From the NCBI GenBank assembly GCA_951812855.1, contig OX638337.1, positions 960,108 through 1,024,107 of the forward strand: a stretch of DNA of 64,000 nucleotides. Reading direction: 5' to 3'. The notes under the pieces are model-generated. The model ran no database searches, had not been told where the DNA came from, and worked only from the letters and a program-made list of their open reading frames with translations. How positions within the stretch are numbered: the stretch's first letter is position 1; every line of letters begins with the position of its first letter. Below, piece by piece: positions 53,967 to 62,678 of the stretch. Origin of the DNA: an uncultured Lentisphaeria bacterium (GTDB lineage Bacteria > Verrucomicrobiota > Lentisphaeria > JABSQK01 > JAJFLO01). A program made the position numbers and the translations under genes.

Positions 53967-54380
53967 TCACTTCAAACTTAAAGAATAATCACCCTTCCTT
54001 TTTTCCCATACAAATTTAGGATCGATAACAGGATCATAATTTCCCGGTGCAGAAGAAATAAAAAACGCAGTATCATAAACGCCTGCACCTGTGCGTGCTG
54101 CGACCATAACAAGCCCATTAAAAAGTCCAACAGTGGGTGTTGCCAGGAGTCCATCGTTTTTAAACGTTAACCAAAGCTGCCTGGGTAATTCTATCCAACC
54201 CGTTGCAATGTTAACGATACCTCGAAAGAATTTTTTATTCATTGGATCAAAAACTGATTCAAATGGAATCCCGTCAAAATTTTTAGATGGAGAGTCTGTC
54301 TCCTGTGCTCTTAGATGTGAAACATTTACCAGCGACAAAATAATAACGAAAATATACAAAGTACTTAGATAATTTTTCAT
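53967..54380 (-). CDS. Small secreted protein with signal peptide (possibly exosortase-system-associated family; tentative)
   Basis: 137-aa ORF; N-terminal signal peptide (…IFVIILSLVNVSHLRAQ); motif …RGIVNIATGWIELPRQ…AARTGAGVYD… recalled as typical of a small exosortase-associated protein family; not verified. Confidence 0.45.
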   Translation of the reverse strand: MKNYLSTLYIFVIILSLVNVSHLRAQETDSPSKNFDGIPFESVFDPMNKKFFRGIVNIATGWIELPRQLWLTFKNDGLLATPTVGLFNGLVMVAARTGAGVYDTAFFISSAPGNYDPVIDPKFVWEKRKGDYSLSLK

Positions 54381-54681
54381 GCGTTTATTCCTGTCGGTAA
54401 TTACGTTTTGGATTTAGATATAGAACTGTTTAGTGGCTGTCATAAATATTATCATCAATTAAATGATTGCAAATCACTTTGACATAGATGCCCTGCTTCT
54501 TCAATGAGAGACAATCCTGTTTTATATAAATTCATCCATAAAATGATCAATTTTAGTGTTTTTTACACTTCACTAAATTCAATTAAGCATACGGTGTCCC
54601 AGGTGAATTATTCGCAGGTAAAATTTATACGTGAACAGGGGTTCTGGAAGTTTGAGCAGGAAGTTGCCGGTACAGGAATTA

Positions 54682-54822
54682 ATATTTTTTCTCTTCCTTG
54701 AATTCAACTTCACTCTGTTGTATGCCAAAGTGTTTGCAAGTGTATTGAATAAATTCCTGTTCATCTGAATTTAACTCACCGTCAATCATAGATACTTCAA
54801 TAATGTTTACCAATTTGTTTTG
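54682..54822 (-). pseudogene. TerB-like domain fragment (paralog-like remnant of the N-terminus of the 44371..45726 ATPase)
   Basis: Stop-to-stop minus-strand frame QNKLVNIIEVSMIDGELNSDEQEFIQYTCKHFGIQQSEVEFKEEKKY; the …MIDGELNSDEQEFI… block parallels …VLIDGDLNVDERAFI… in the TerB-AAA protein; only ~45 codons. Confidence 0.3.
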
Positions 54823-55165
54823 TTACGAAAATTATTTAGGATAGAAACGGGAATGTCCATGGTTGTTTATATTCCGGATGTCGTTTTTGTTTTCTTTATA
54901 AATTTATAAAGTTTGTACAAGTAAGCCGTCGTTCTGTTTATTTTATTTTCATTTGACTTACCTTAATTTAATAGAGATAAATGGGTAATAAGAATAATTT
55001 GAAATCTTTACAAGAATTAGCAGAGTACTTAATATTAATTTTCTTAAAATCTATTCGACAGCTCATGATTTCGTATGAGAGCTGACGGTGTTGAACACGA
55101 TTAATGACTGAATACTCCATGACATATTTGGGCATGTATTTTTATTTACACAGCAGCTTTTTTAC

Positions 55166-55912
55166 TTGATTGATCTGACTGCAGAAATTTTAACCTTAAA
55201 GGAAACTCAAATGTATTGTGTCAGTGACTGGTATTTATCTTTAGGGCTTTATACATTTCCAACTCTATTTATTCAGTTGAATAATGATGAGATTGAATTA
55301 ATCAGAAATGTTGAAGATTGTTCTAATTCTTCCAGAAATATTATCAGAAAAATTGACAGTGCCGTAACCAGTTTCCCCGGAAGCAGTTTTATACATGTAG
55401 ACTATTGTGCCCCAACCGATTCTTCGTTATTTCAGAAGGGAAAAGGAGCGATTAATTCTGGTAAAACCGGCTGGAATATCCTGTCTCAAAGTGAAAAAGT
55501 AAAAAAGGCATTCGCCGAAGATAAAACAAAAAGGATTTGTGTTCATCCGTACAGAAGAATAGATCATGCCCGCGAATTCAGAGTTTTCACTAAAGCAGGT
55601 ACGGTTGTGGGAGTGTCTCAAAAAGATGTCGCTAAACATCATCCTAAACTTCATAAACGTCGGGACTTTATCCAAAGGAAAATTTACAAGTTTATGAAAC
55701 ATATCAATAGTCAATTGGAAACCGAAGACATCATTGTAGACGTTTATCTTACTTCTCAGGATGAATTAATGATTCTGGATACCCACTCATGGGGCGGGGC
55801 AACAAATCCGTTATTATTTCGCGACTGGGATCGTGACTGGAGTAAAAATTCTGGATTAGTTTTAGTTGAAAAACCCGAAAAGTTAGGGGGGAACGTCTCT
55901 GTTTCGTTTTAG
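55166..55912 (+). CDS. Cdc123/D123-family ATP-grasp protein (eukaryote-type)
   Basis: 248-aa ORF; three blocks closely parallel eukaryotic CDC123 as recalled: …GSSFIHVDYCAPTDSS… (cf. SVFPKLNWSAPRDA), …REFRVFTKAGTVVGVSQKD… (cf. AEFRCFVKENKLIGISQRD), …IIVDVYLTSQDELMILDTHSWGGATNPLLFRDWD… (cf. FVFDIYRDSRGKVWLIDFNPFGEVTDSLLFTWEE). Confidence 0.7.
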   Translation: MIDLTAEILTLKETQMYCVSDWYLSLGLYTFPTLFIQLNNDEIELIRNVEDCSNSSRNIIRKIDSAVTSFPGSSFIHVDYCAPTDSSLFQKGKGAINSGKTGWNILSQSEKVKKAFAEDKTKRICVHPYRRIDHAREFRVFTKAGTVVGVSQKDVAKHHPKLHKRRDFIQRKIYKFMKHINSQLETEDIIVDVYLTSQDELMILDTHSWGGATNPLLFRDWDRDWSKNSGLVLVEKPEKLGGNVSVSF

Positions 55913-55950
55913 TTAGAAGTAATCTGATACAGCAAACCAGAAACTGAACT

Positions 55951-57138
55951 TTATTCAAGACTGGTGTTGTGGGAGAAGCAGATTCGTGAAATACATTCAT
56001 TAAAGTTTTCATGCCCACTTAAAATATCGATTTCTACACGCATATGGACAATTTGTAAATCTCTTCTATCCATCATTGGAAATCGAACAGAATCCTTTTC
56101 AGTTGTGACTATAAGGTCAGCATTACGTTTCAATGCAGCATTAATAAAATTAATGATTTCTTGCTGTGTATATCGATGATGGTCGGCAAATCGTTCCTTA
56201 TAAACGAGGTCGCCGCCAAAACTGGAAAGAAATTTTTCAAAGCCTGCCGGAGCTGCAATGCCTGAAATAGATGCGATTTTCTTTCCATTTAAATAGTCCG
56301 GATCAAATTTCTGTTTTGAGTATATGTCTTCCAGATATTGAGGCTTATGGGTACATTCAATAATTTCCGCACGGTGATTATGCTTTTTCAGGAAACGCTT
56401 GAAGTGATGCAGGTGTTTTCCGCCTGAAGATTTGGTCAGGAATATATAATCGGCTCTTTGAATATTTTTAATTGGTTCTCTGAGTAATCCTCTGGGGAGT
56501 AAATGGTGATTATCAAAAGGGTTAGTCGAATCGATTAACAAGATGTTCAATTTGGGTTTTAAAGGGAGGTATTGAAAACCATCATCAAGTATCAGAGTAT
56601 CTGAATTGAATTCATTTATAGCATAACGTCCACTTTTGACACGATCTTTATCAACCAATATAACAACATCTTTTAAATTGGTTGCCAACATATACGGTTC
56701 ATCACCGGCCATTTCTGAATTTAACAATAAACTCTTTCCATCAGATACAATTCTCGGGGGAATATCCTGGTTGCGTTTGAAGATGAAGTCCGCAATTTTT
56801 TCGAAAAATGGTTTTCCTTTATTTCGGTAGCCCCGGCTAAGAATTGCAACTTTTCTTCCTTTCGCTGCAAGCGTTTTTGAAAAAACTTCGACAACGGGTG
56901 TTTTTCCGGTTCCACCGACGGTAAGATTTCCTATGCTGACAACCAGACAGCCGAGAGTATGGTCGCGAAAAATACGATCTCGGTATATAGTCAGACGAAG
57001 CTGTACTAAAGAGCGAAACATTCTGGACAACACAAAAAGCAATGATTTGGCACAGATATCAACTGGAGAATGCCGTTTTTCCTTGATAATATCAGTTACA
57101 TAGGTTTCGGCCTTCTCGATTATGATTTGGAAATTCAT
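55951..57138 (-). CDS. lpxK: Tetraacyldisaccharide 4'-kinase
   Basis: 395-aa ORF; P-loop …VSIGNLTVGGTGKTPVV… and …AILSRGYRNKG… characteristic of LpxK. Confidence 0.9.
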   Translation of the reverse strand: MNFQIIIEKAETYVTDIIKEKRHSPVDICAKSLLFVLSRMFRSLVQLRLTIYRDRIFRDHTLGCLVVSIGNLTVGGTGKTPVVEVFSKTLAAKGRKVAILSRGYRNKGKPFFEKIADFIFKRNQDIPPRIVSDGKSLLLNSEMAGDEPYMLATNLKDVVILVDKDRVKSGRYAINEFNSDTLILDDGFQYLPLKPKLNILLIDSTNPFDNHHLLPRGLLREPIKNIQRADYIFLTKSSGGKHLHHFKRFLKKHNHRAEIIECTHKPQYLEDIYSKQKFDPDYLNGKKIASISGIAAPAGFEKFLSSFGGDLVYKERFADHHRYTQQEIINFINAALKRNADLIVTTEKDSVRFPMMDRRDLQIVHMRVEIDILSGHENFNECISRICFSHNTSLE

Positions 57139-57623
57139 AAACCATGAAATGCATCATCTGCCATAGAATAATCACTGATTTCATTTGGTGAAAACCAAAT
57201 ATTGATTTCATTTTCTGCTTCTTCAATGGTAGCAGATGCATGGATTAAATTCATTAGCGGCGGCGGCATTTCATCCCCGGGAGTTTCAGTTCTTTGCTGA
57301 TGTGCAAAATCACCTCGAATGGTTCCAGGCAATGCTTTTCCCGGCATTGTATCTCCGGCCATTAACCTTATTTTGTCGATTGCGTAACATCCACCAAGTA
57401 TAAAAATGATGACTGAATTTGATGTTACATATTTTTCCAATGATTTATAGAAAGGTTTATCGATATGTTCTGCATAATGCTGTCTGAATTTTTTGGTTGA
57501 CATAATTCCAAACTTCATTGCATGGATTTTCAATCCGGCGTTCTCAAATCGCCCGATTATTTTGCCAACGAACCGGCGTTGTATCGCATCAGGTTTTAAT
57601 ATAATCAATGATTTTTGATACAT
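57135..57623 (-). CDS. ndk: Nucleoside diphosphate kinase
   Basis: 162-aa ORF; …LIILKPDAIQRRFVGKIIGRFENAGLKIHAMKF… and active-site His region …NLIHAS…; stop overlaps lpxK start. Confidence 0.85.
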   Translation of the reverse strand: MYQKSLIILKPDAIQRRFVGKIIGRFENAGLKIHAMKFGIMSTKKFRQHYAEHIDKPFYKSLEKYVTSNSVIIFILGGCYAIDKIRLMAGDTMPGKALPGTIRGDFAHQQRTETPGDEMPPPLMNLIHASATIEEAENEINIWFSPNEISDYSMADDAFHGL

Positions 57624-57696
57624 TTTTAATATTTTCTTTCTCTTTTATTAAGAATACGTGCCGGATAATAGATTACGGGAAACTACAAATAATATT

Positions 57697-59415
57697 CTAA
57701 ATCGTGGAAACAGGGAACTGATCCGTCAAGGATTTTACCTGGTCACGGACCTGTGTAAATATTGATTCATCATCAATATTTTTTACAACCTTATATATCC
57801 AATCTGCAATTAATTTCATTTCAGGTTCTTTCATACCCCGTGTCGTTACTGCTGGAGTACCTATTCTTAGTCCACTTGTCATAAACGGTTTTTCAGGATC
57901 AAACGGAATTAAATTCTTATTCACGGTAATTCCGGCTTTATCCAGGGCTGATGCCGCGATTTTCCCTGTTGTATTTAAAGGACGTAAATCGACCAGCATC
58001 AAATGATTGTCTGTTCCTCCAGATACAATACGGAACCCATGTTTGGATAATTCCTCAGCCATAACCTTTGCATTTTTTACAATTTGCATCTGATAATGTC
58101 TAAATTCATCGGTCAGAGCTTCTTTAAAACAAATTGCTTTTGCTGCGATGACATGCATTAACGGACCTCCTTGAATTCCCGGGAAAATTTGAGAATTTAT
58201 TTTCTTCAAATATTGCTCTCTGCAAAGGATGAAACCTCCTCTGGGGCCACGTAATGTCTTGTGTGTGGTAGATGTGACGACATCGGCATAGGGTACCGGG
58301 CCGGGGTGAATCCCTGCCGCCACCAGGCCGGCAAAATGTGCCATATCGACCATAAAAAGAGCATTTACTTTGTCCGCAATTTCTTTCAATCTCGGGAAAT
58401 TAATAATTCTGGGATATGCACTCGCACCGGCAAGGATCATCCTGGGCCTATTTTCTAATGCCAATGATTCGATGTTGTCATAATCTAAGTGTTCCGTTTC
58501 TTTATTAACTCCATAGCCAATAAAATCATAATATCTGCCGCTGAAATTAATCTTATGTCCATGTGTAAGATGTCCTCCGTGTGCAAGATCCATTGCAAGG
58601 ACCTTATCTCCAGGATCAAGTAAGGCAAAATAAACCGCCATATTTGCCTGGCTGCCAGAATGGGGTTGGACATTTGCACATTCTGCACCAAAGATTTTTT
58701 TTACGCGTTCAATTGCTGTATGTTCAACGTCATCGACGAAATCACATCCATCATAATAGCGCTTGCCTGGATACCCTTCTGCATACTTATTTGTCAGACT
58801 TGATCCCTGTGCAGCCCGGACTGCGGGAGAAACGATATTTTCAGAAGCGATAAGTTCTAATATTTCACTCTGCCTCCGGGTTTCCTTTTTTATATATCCC
58901 GCTATTTCAGGATCAACATCTTCAATTGCAGTTATATTATTATTCGGGCCTGTTTCAATTTTGTTAATGCGTCGTTTATGCCTGGCTTCGTTACTGAATG
59001 GGGTGTTTAACCACAATTCAATTAAGTCCAGTATTTCTTTGTCGGATTTGTTGCTGCTTCCAATAACAAGCACATTTGAATTATTATGTTCCCTGCTCAT
59101 TGCTGCAGACAGCTCTGATGTGACAAGTGCAGCCCGGACGTATCGATATCGATTTGCATTTATACACATACCGATACCTGATTTACAAATCAGTATACCA
59201 CAATCAGCCTTGCCAGTCGATATTTTAGCAGCGAGTATATTTGCGTAATCTGGATAATCATCTTTTTCATCGAAATCTGATGGACCTACATCTTCTACAT
59301 TCAACTTTTTGTCGTTAAAGTGTGCATATATTCTATTTTTTAACTCCCAGCCCCCATGGTCTGATCCAATAAGTATTTTGCATGGGGTTTTGGTAAAGTC
59401 GATTATGTCTCTCAT
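57697..59415 (-). CDS. glyA: Fusion protein: RpiB/LacAB-family sugar-phosphate isomerase domain + serine hydroxymethyltransferase
   Basis: 572-aa ORF; residues ~10-150 are RpiB-like (…[14 protein letters not shown]…[17 protein letters not shown]…NVLVIGS…); remainder is full SHMT (…[36 protein letters not shown]…, PLP-lysine region …[16 protein letters not shown]…); no internal start codon at the junction. Confidence 0.85.
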   Translation of the reverse strand: MRDIIDFTKTPCKILIGSDHGGWELKNRIYAHFNDKKLNVEDVGPSDFDEKDDYPDYANILAAKISTGKADCGILICKSGIGMCINANRYRYVRAALVTSELSAAMSREHNNSNVLVIGSSNKSDKEILDLIELWLNTPFSNEARHKRRINKIETGPNNNITAIEDVDPEIAGYIKKETRRQSEILELIASENIVSPAVRAAQGSSLTNKYAEGYPGKRYYDGCDFVDDVEHTAIERVKKIFGAECANVQPHSGSQANMAVYFALLDPGDKVLAMDLAHGGHLTHGHKINFSGRYYDFIGYGVNKETEHLDYDNIESLALENRPRMILAGASAYPRIINFPRLKEIADKVNALFMVDMAHFAGLVAAGIHPGPVPYADVVTSTTHKTLRGPRGGFILCREQYLKKINSQIFPGIQGGPLMHVIAAKAICFKEALTDEFRHYQMQIVKNAKVMAEELSKHGFRIVSGGTDNHLMLVDLRPLNTTGKIAASALDKAGITVNKNLIPFDPEKPFMTSGLRIGTPAVTTRGMKEPEMKLIADWIYKVVKNIDDESIFTQVRDQVKSLTDQFPVSTI

Positions 59416-59418
59416 TAA

Positions 59419-59901
59419 TTAAGATTCCTTAAACTTGTCAATTATTTTCTGCAAGAACGCATCCAGTGCGGGTTGCATTTTATTAAAACATTCCTCATAA
59501 TCAGCCAGACCGCCACCGTAGGGGTCTTCTATATCTTCTTGTAAACCGACATGGCTCATTAGAGTTGACGTTTTTCTGCTTGAATTAACGAACAACAGTT
59601 TTATTTGTTCGTAATGTATCCTTGACATCGCGATAATGAAATCAGCAGATTTAACTGTATCTGCGGTTAAAGGTGAACTTGTTTGTCCGTCCCACAAAAT
59701 ATTTTTTTTGTTTAAGACTTCCTGTGCAAATACACTGGGTGGATGCCCGTGGGTTGCATATATACCTGCTGATGTAATTTCAAAATTTGTTAAACCGTCT
59801 ATTTCGCACCGATGTTTAATATAAGCCTCGGCCATTGGGCTTCTACATATATTACCGGTGCAGACAAATACAATTTTAATTTTGGTGTCAATTGATTTCA
59901 T
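59419..59901 (-). CDS. Low-molecular-weight protein-tyrosine phosphatase
   Basis: 160-aa ORF; CX5R P-loop …VFVCTGNICRSPMAEA… and DPYGG loop; 3 bp upstream of the rpiB-glyA fusion gene. Confidence 0.85.
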   Translation of the reverse strand: MKSIDTKIKIVFVCTGNICRSPMAEAYIKHRCEIDGLTNFEITSAGIYATHGHPPSVFAQEVLNKKNILWDGQTSSPLTADTVKSADFIIAMSRIHYEQIKLLFVNSSRKTSTLMSHVGLQEDIEDPYGGGLADYEECFNKMQPALDAFLQKIIDKFKES

Positions 59902-60124
59902 AAAATAAGTCTACGATCATCTGCAGGTTCTTATTGTCAGACTCACAAACAATGAAAAATATGCAAAAAATAATTTTTGTCTTACCGGTTTCCCCAGGCG
60001 ATATGGTTTATTGCATCGTGAAACATACACTCTTGTGGGCAGGTTGAGAAAAAATACATAATAATGGTGGAGAGAATAAAAAAATCAATGGTAAATTGGC
60101 GATAAATAATAGAATCAATTTAGT

Positions 60125-60148
60125 AAATTACAGCCTGGGCTGTAATTT
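60125..60148. promoter_or_regulatory. Perfect palindrome AAATTACAGC-CTGG-GCTGTAATTT in divergent promoter region (candidate operator or RNA hairpin)
   Basis: Seen directly: 10-bp arms with 4-nt spacer, ~150 bp upstream of aroB and ~225 bp upstream of the divergent LMW-PTP gene. Confidence 0.3.
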
Positions 60149-60297
60149 CGAGTGATTTCACCTTTTTAGAAGGTAAACTAAGCCATACTGTAGATAACGA
60201 ATGCAAACAAATAATACTGCATCACCAATATCAGTGAATTACAATTTAGCAGTAAAAGATCCGAATGTGTTGTTAATGATAATAAAAACAAACATGT

Positions 60298-61404
60298 ATG
60301 AGTATTTATAGTTTAAACGTTCCATTAGATGATCGATCATATGAAATTGTAATTGGCAAAGATTTTTTTAGCCAATGGCAGGATGTTCCTTCGATTCAAC
60401 CGGTGTTGGAAAACCGTACCTGTTTTGTAATAACAGATGAAAACGTTCAAAAATTATATCTAAAATCGGTTGAACAATGTTTGACAAATCTCGGTGTGCG
60501 TTACCTGGGAGACTACGCATTTTTACCAGGAGAAAAATCAAAGAGTCTCAGTACAGTCAAATCATTATATGAGAAAATGATTTCAGCTGGATTAGATCGA
60601 AAATCAATCATCGTGGCCCTGGGGGGCGGGGTTGTCGGCGATACCGCCGGATTTGCTGCTGCGACCTATATGCGAGGCATAGACTATGTACAAATCCCAA
60701 CATCATTGGTGGCACAGGTTGACAGTAGCGTTGGCGGTAAAACCGGTATAGATTTGGATCAGGGAAAGAATTTAATCGGAGCATTCTGTCAACCAAAATT
60801 AGTTGTCGTTGACACAATGGTATTACAGACCCTGCCGATTCGGGAGTTAGTATGCGGGTTGGCTGAAGTTGTTAAATACGGGGTTATTCTGGATGAAGTT
60901 TTTTTTTCATTTTTAGAAGATAATGTCTCTTCTATTTTAAATATTGATCAAACTGTGTTCCAGACAATCGTTCGAAAATGCTGCTCTTTAAAGGCAGATG
61001 TTGTTACAGGTGATGAATTAGATCAGGGAGGCAGAGCAATATTAAATTATGGACACACATTTGGTCATGCTCTGGAGAAATTAACATCATATACAGGCCT
61101 TACACATGGTGAAGCCATTGCAATCGGTATGGGGATGGCTGCAGACCTGGCTGTAATGAGGTATGGCGGATCAGAATTACTAAATTTAGTTAAACGACAG
61201 GATGATTTGTTTCAGGCATTTGGACTTCCTGTAAAATTTAATAAATTTTCCCCGGAAGAAATCCTTTTAGCTATGGCCGCGGATAAGAAATGTATTGATG
61301 GAAATATAAATTTTGTTTTGCCTGAGAAAATTGGTAAAGTTGTGATTGATTCAGGAATTGAAGAAGATTTGATTAAGCAAGCTATCGGAGCACGTATTGA
61401 CTAG
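60298..61404 (+). CDS. aroB: 3-dehydroquinate synthase
   Basis: 368-aa ORF; …VALGGGVVGDTAGFAAATYMRGIDYVQIPTSLVAQVDSSVGGKTGI… and metal-binding His region …NYGHTFGHALE…. Confidence 0.9.
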   Translation: MSIYSLNVPLDDRSYEIVIGKDFFSQWQDVPSIQPVLENRTCFVITDENVQKLYLKSVEQCLTNLGVRYLGDYAFLPGEKSKSLSTVKSLYEKMISAGLDRKSIIVALGGGVVGDTAGFAAATYMRGIDYVQIPTSLVAQVDSSVGGKTGIDLDQGKNLIGAFCQPKLVVVDTMVLQTLPIRELVCGLAEVVKYGVILDEVFFSFLEDNVSSILNIDQTVFQTIVRKCCSLKADVVTGDELDQGGRAILNYGHTFGHALEKLTSYTGLTHGEAIAIGMGMAADLAVMRYGGSELLNLVKRQDDLFQAFGLPVKFNKFSPEEILLAMAADKKCIDGNINFVLPEKIGKVVIDSGIEEDLIKQAIGARID

Positions 61405-62515
61405 TCGTGAAGCCTACATAATTTTAAATTTACTTTCAGGTGTTGGTCCAGTTAGAGTTAAGCATTTGCTTGCTAATTTTTCATGTCCTGAGCAATTACT
61501 CTCCGAGACAACATCGTCATTAGCAAAAATTAAAGGTATCGGTCCTAAAACAGCCGGTATTATTGGTGACTGGAAAAAAACTGCCGATCTGGATACTGAA
61601 CTCAGTCAAACAGAAAAAGCCGGTGTATCAATTATTACCCTGGCCGATCCCGATTATCCTGATATTTTAAGGGAAATATATGACCCTCCGTTATGTTTGT
61701 ATGCCCGTGGCCAATTATCTTCTTTATGCAGGCAGCAGTCTCTTGCAGTTGTTGGATCCCGGAGAAATTCGAATTATGGAATTTCAATCTCAGAGAAACT
61801 GGTCTGTTCTTTGGTCAGCTCTGGTTGGAGTATTGTTTCAGGGCTTGCACGGGGTATTGATACTGCAGCTCATAATTCTGTTCTGAAATCTAATGGTTGT
61901 ACAATCGCAGTATTGGGTGGAGGACTTGGATCGATATATCCTCCGGAAAACATATCTTTAGCAAATAAAATTTGTGAAAATGGACTTTTATTAAGTGAAC
62001 AACCAATGCAGCTCAGACCTGATCGTCGATCGTTTCCTATGAGAAATAGAATTATTTCCGGATTGTCTCTGGGAACAGTAGTGATTGAAGCCGGTGCTAA
62101 AAGTGGTGCGTTAATTACTGCTCAGGTTGGTTTGGATCAGGGGCGGCTGGTTTTTGCTGTTCCCGGTCGAATAGACAATCCTCTGTCCAAAGGGTGTCAT
62201 AATTTAATAAAACAAGGTGCAAAACTTGTTGATTCTATTGTTGATATAAATGAAGAATTTGAATTTTTCAGAGGGATTCTGAGTTCAGAGAACGATATCT
62301 ACAAAACAGATATCCTGCCACAAAATAATTTAAAGCTTACCGAGGCAGAGACAGGATTGTTGCAACTATTAAGATATGGTGAATGTTCAATTGATGAATT
62401 AAATAAGGATCTTGAAATTCCAATGCATATTTTGTTATCTTCATTAATGAAACTGGAAATGAAACATATAATCAAACAGTTACCGGGCAAGAGATTCACT
62501 TTGACCCAGATTTGA
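61397..62515 (+). CDS. dprA: DNA-processing protein DprA (Smf)
   Basis: 372-aa ORF; Rossmann-like DprA core …LAVVGSRRNSNYG…GLARGIDTAAH…GGGLGSIYPPEN…; start overlaps aroB stop. Confidence 0.85.
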   Translation: MTSREAYIILNLLSGVGPVRVKHLLANFSCPEQLLSETTSSLAKIKGIGPKTAGIIGDWKKTADLDTELSQTEKAGVSIITLADPDYPDILREIYDPPLCLYARGQLSSLCRQQSLAVVGSRRNSNYGISISEKLVCSLVSSGWSIVSGLARGIDTAAHNSVLKSNGCTIAVLGGGLGSIYPPENISLANKICENGLLLSEQPMQLRPDRRSFPMRNRIISGLSLGTVVIEAGAKSGALITAQVGLDQGRLVFAVPGRIDNPLSKGCHNLIKQGAKLVDSIVDINEEFEFFRGILSSENDIYKTDILPQNNLKLTEAETGLLQLLRYGECSIDELNKDLEIPMHILLSSLMKLEMKHIIKQLPGKRFTLTQI

Positions 62516-62678
62516 GATTGATTCCCTTGTGAGAATCATTATCAGTAGAAACTTTTTTTATTTTTTTCGCATTTTAAATGTCTGAAGTTATTTCCGATAT
62601 TTTTTTAAGATTATTAAGTTTTATATGAAATTGCATAGAACACATTATATAAAATTGACATGATTACAGAGGTAAAAC

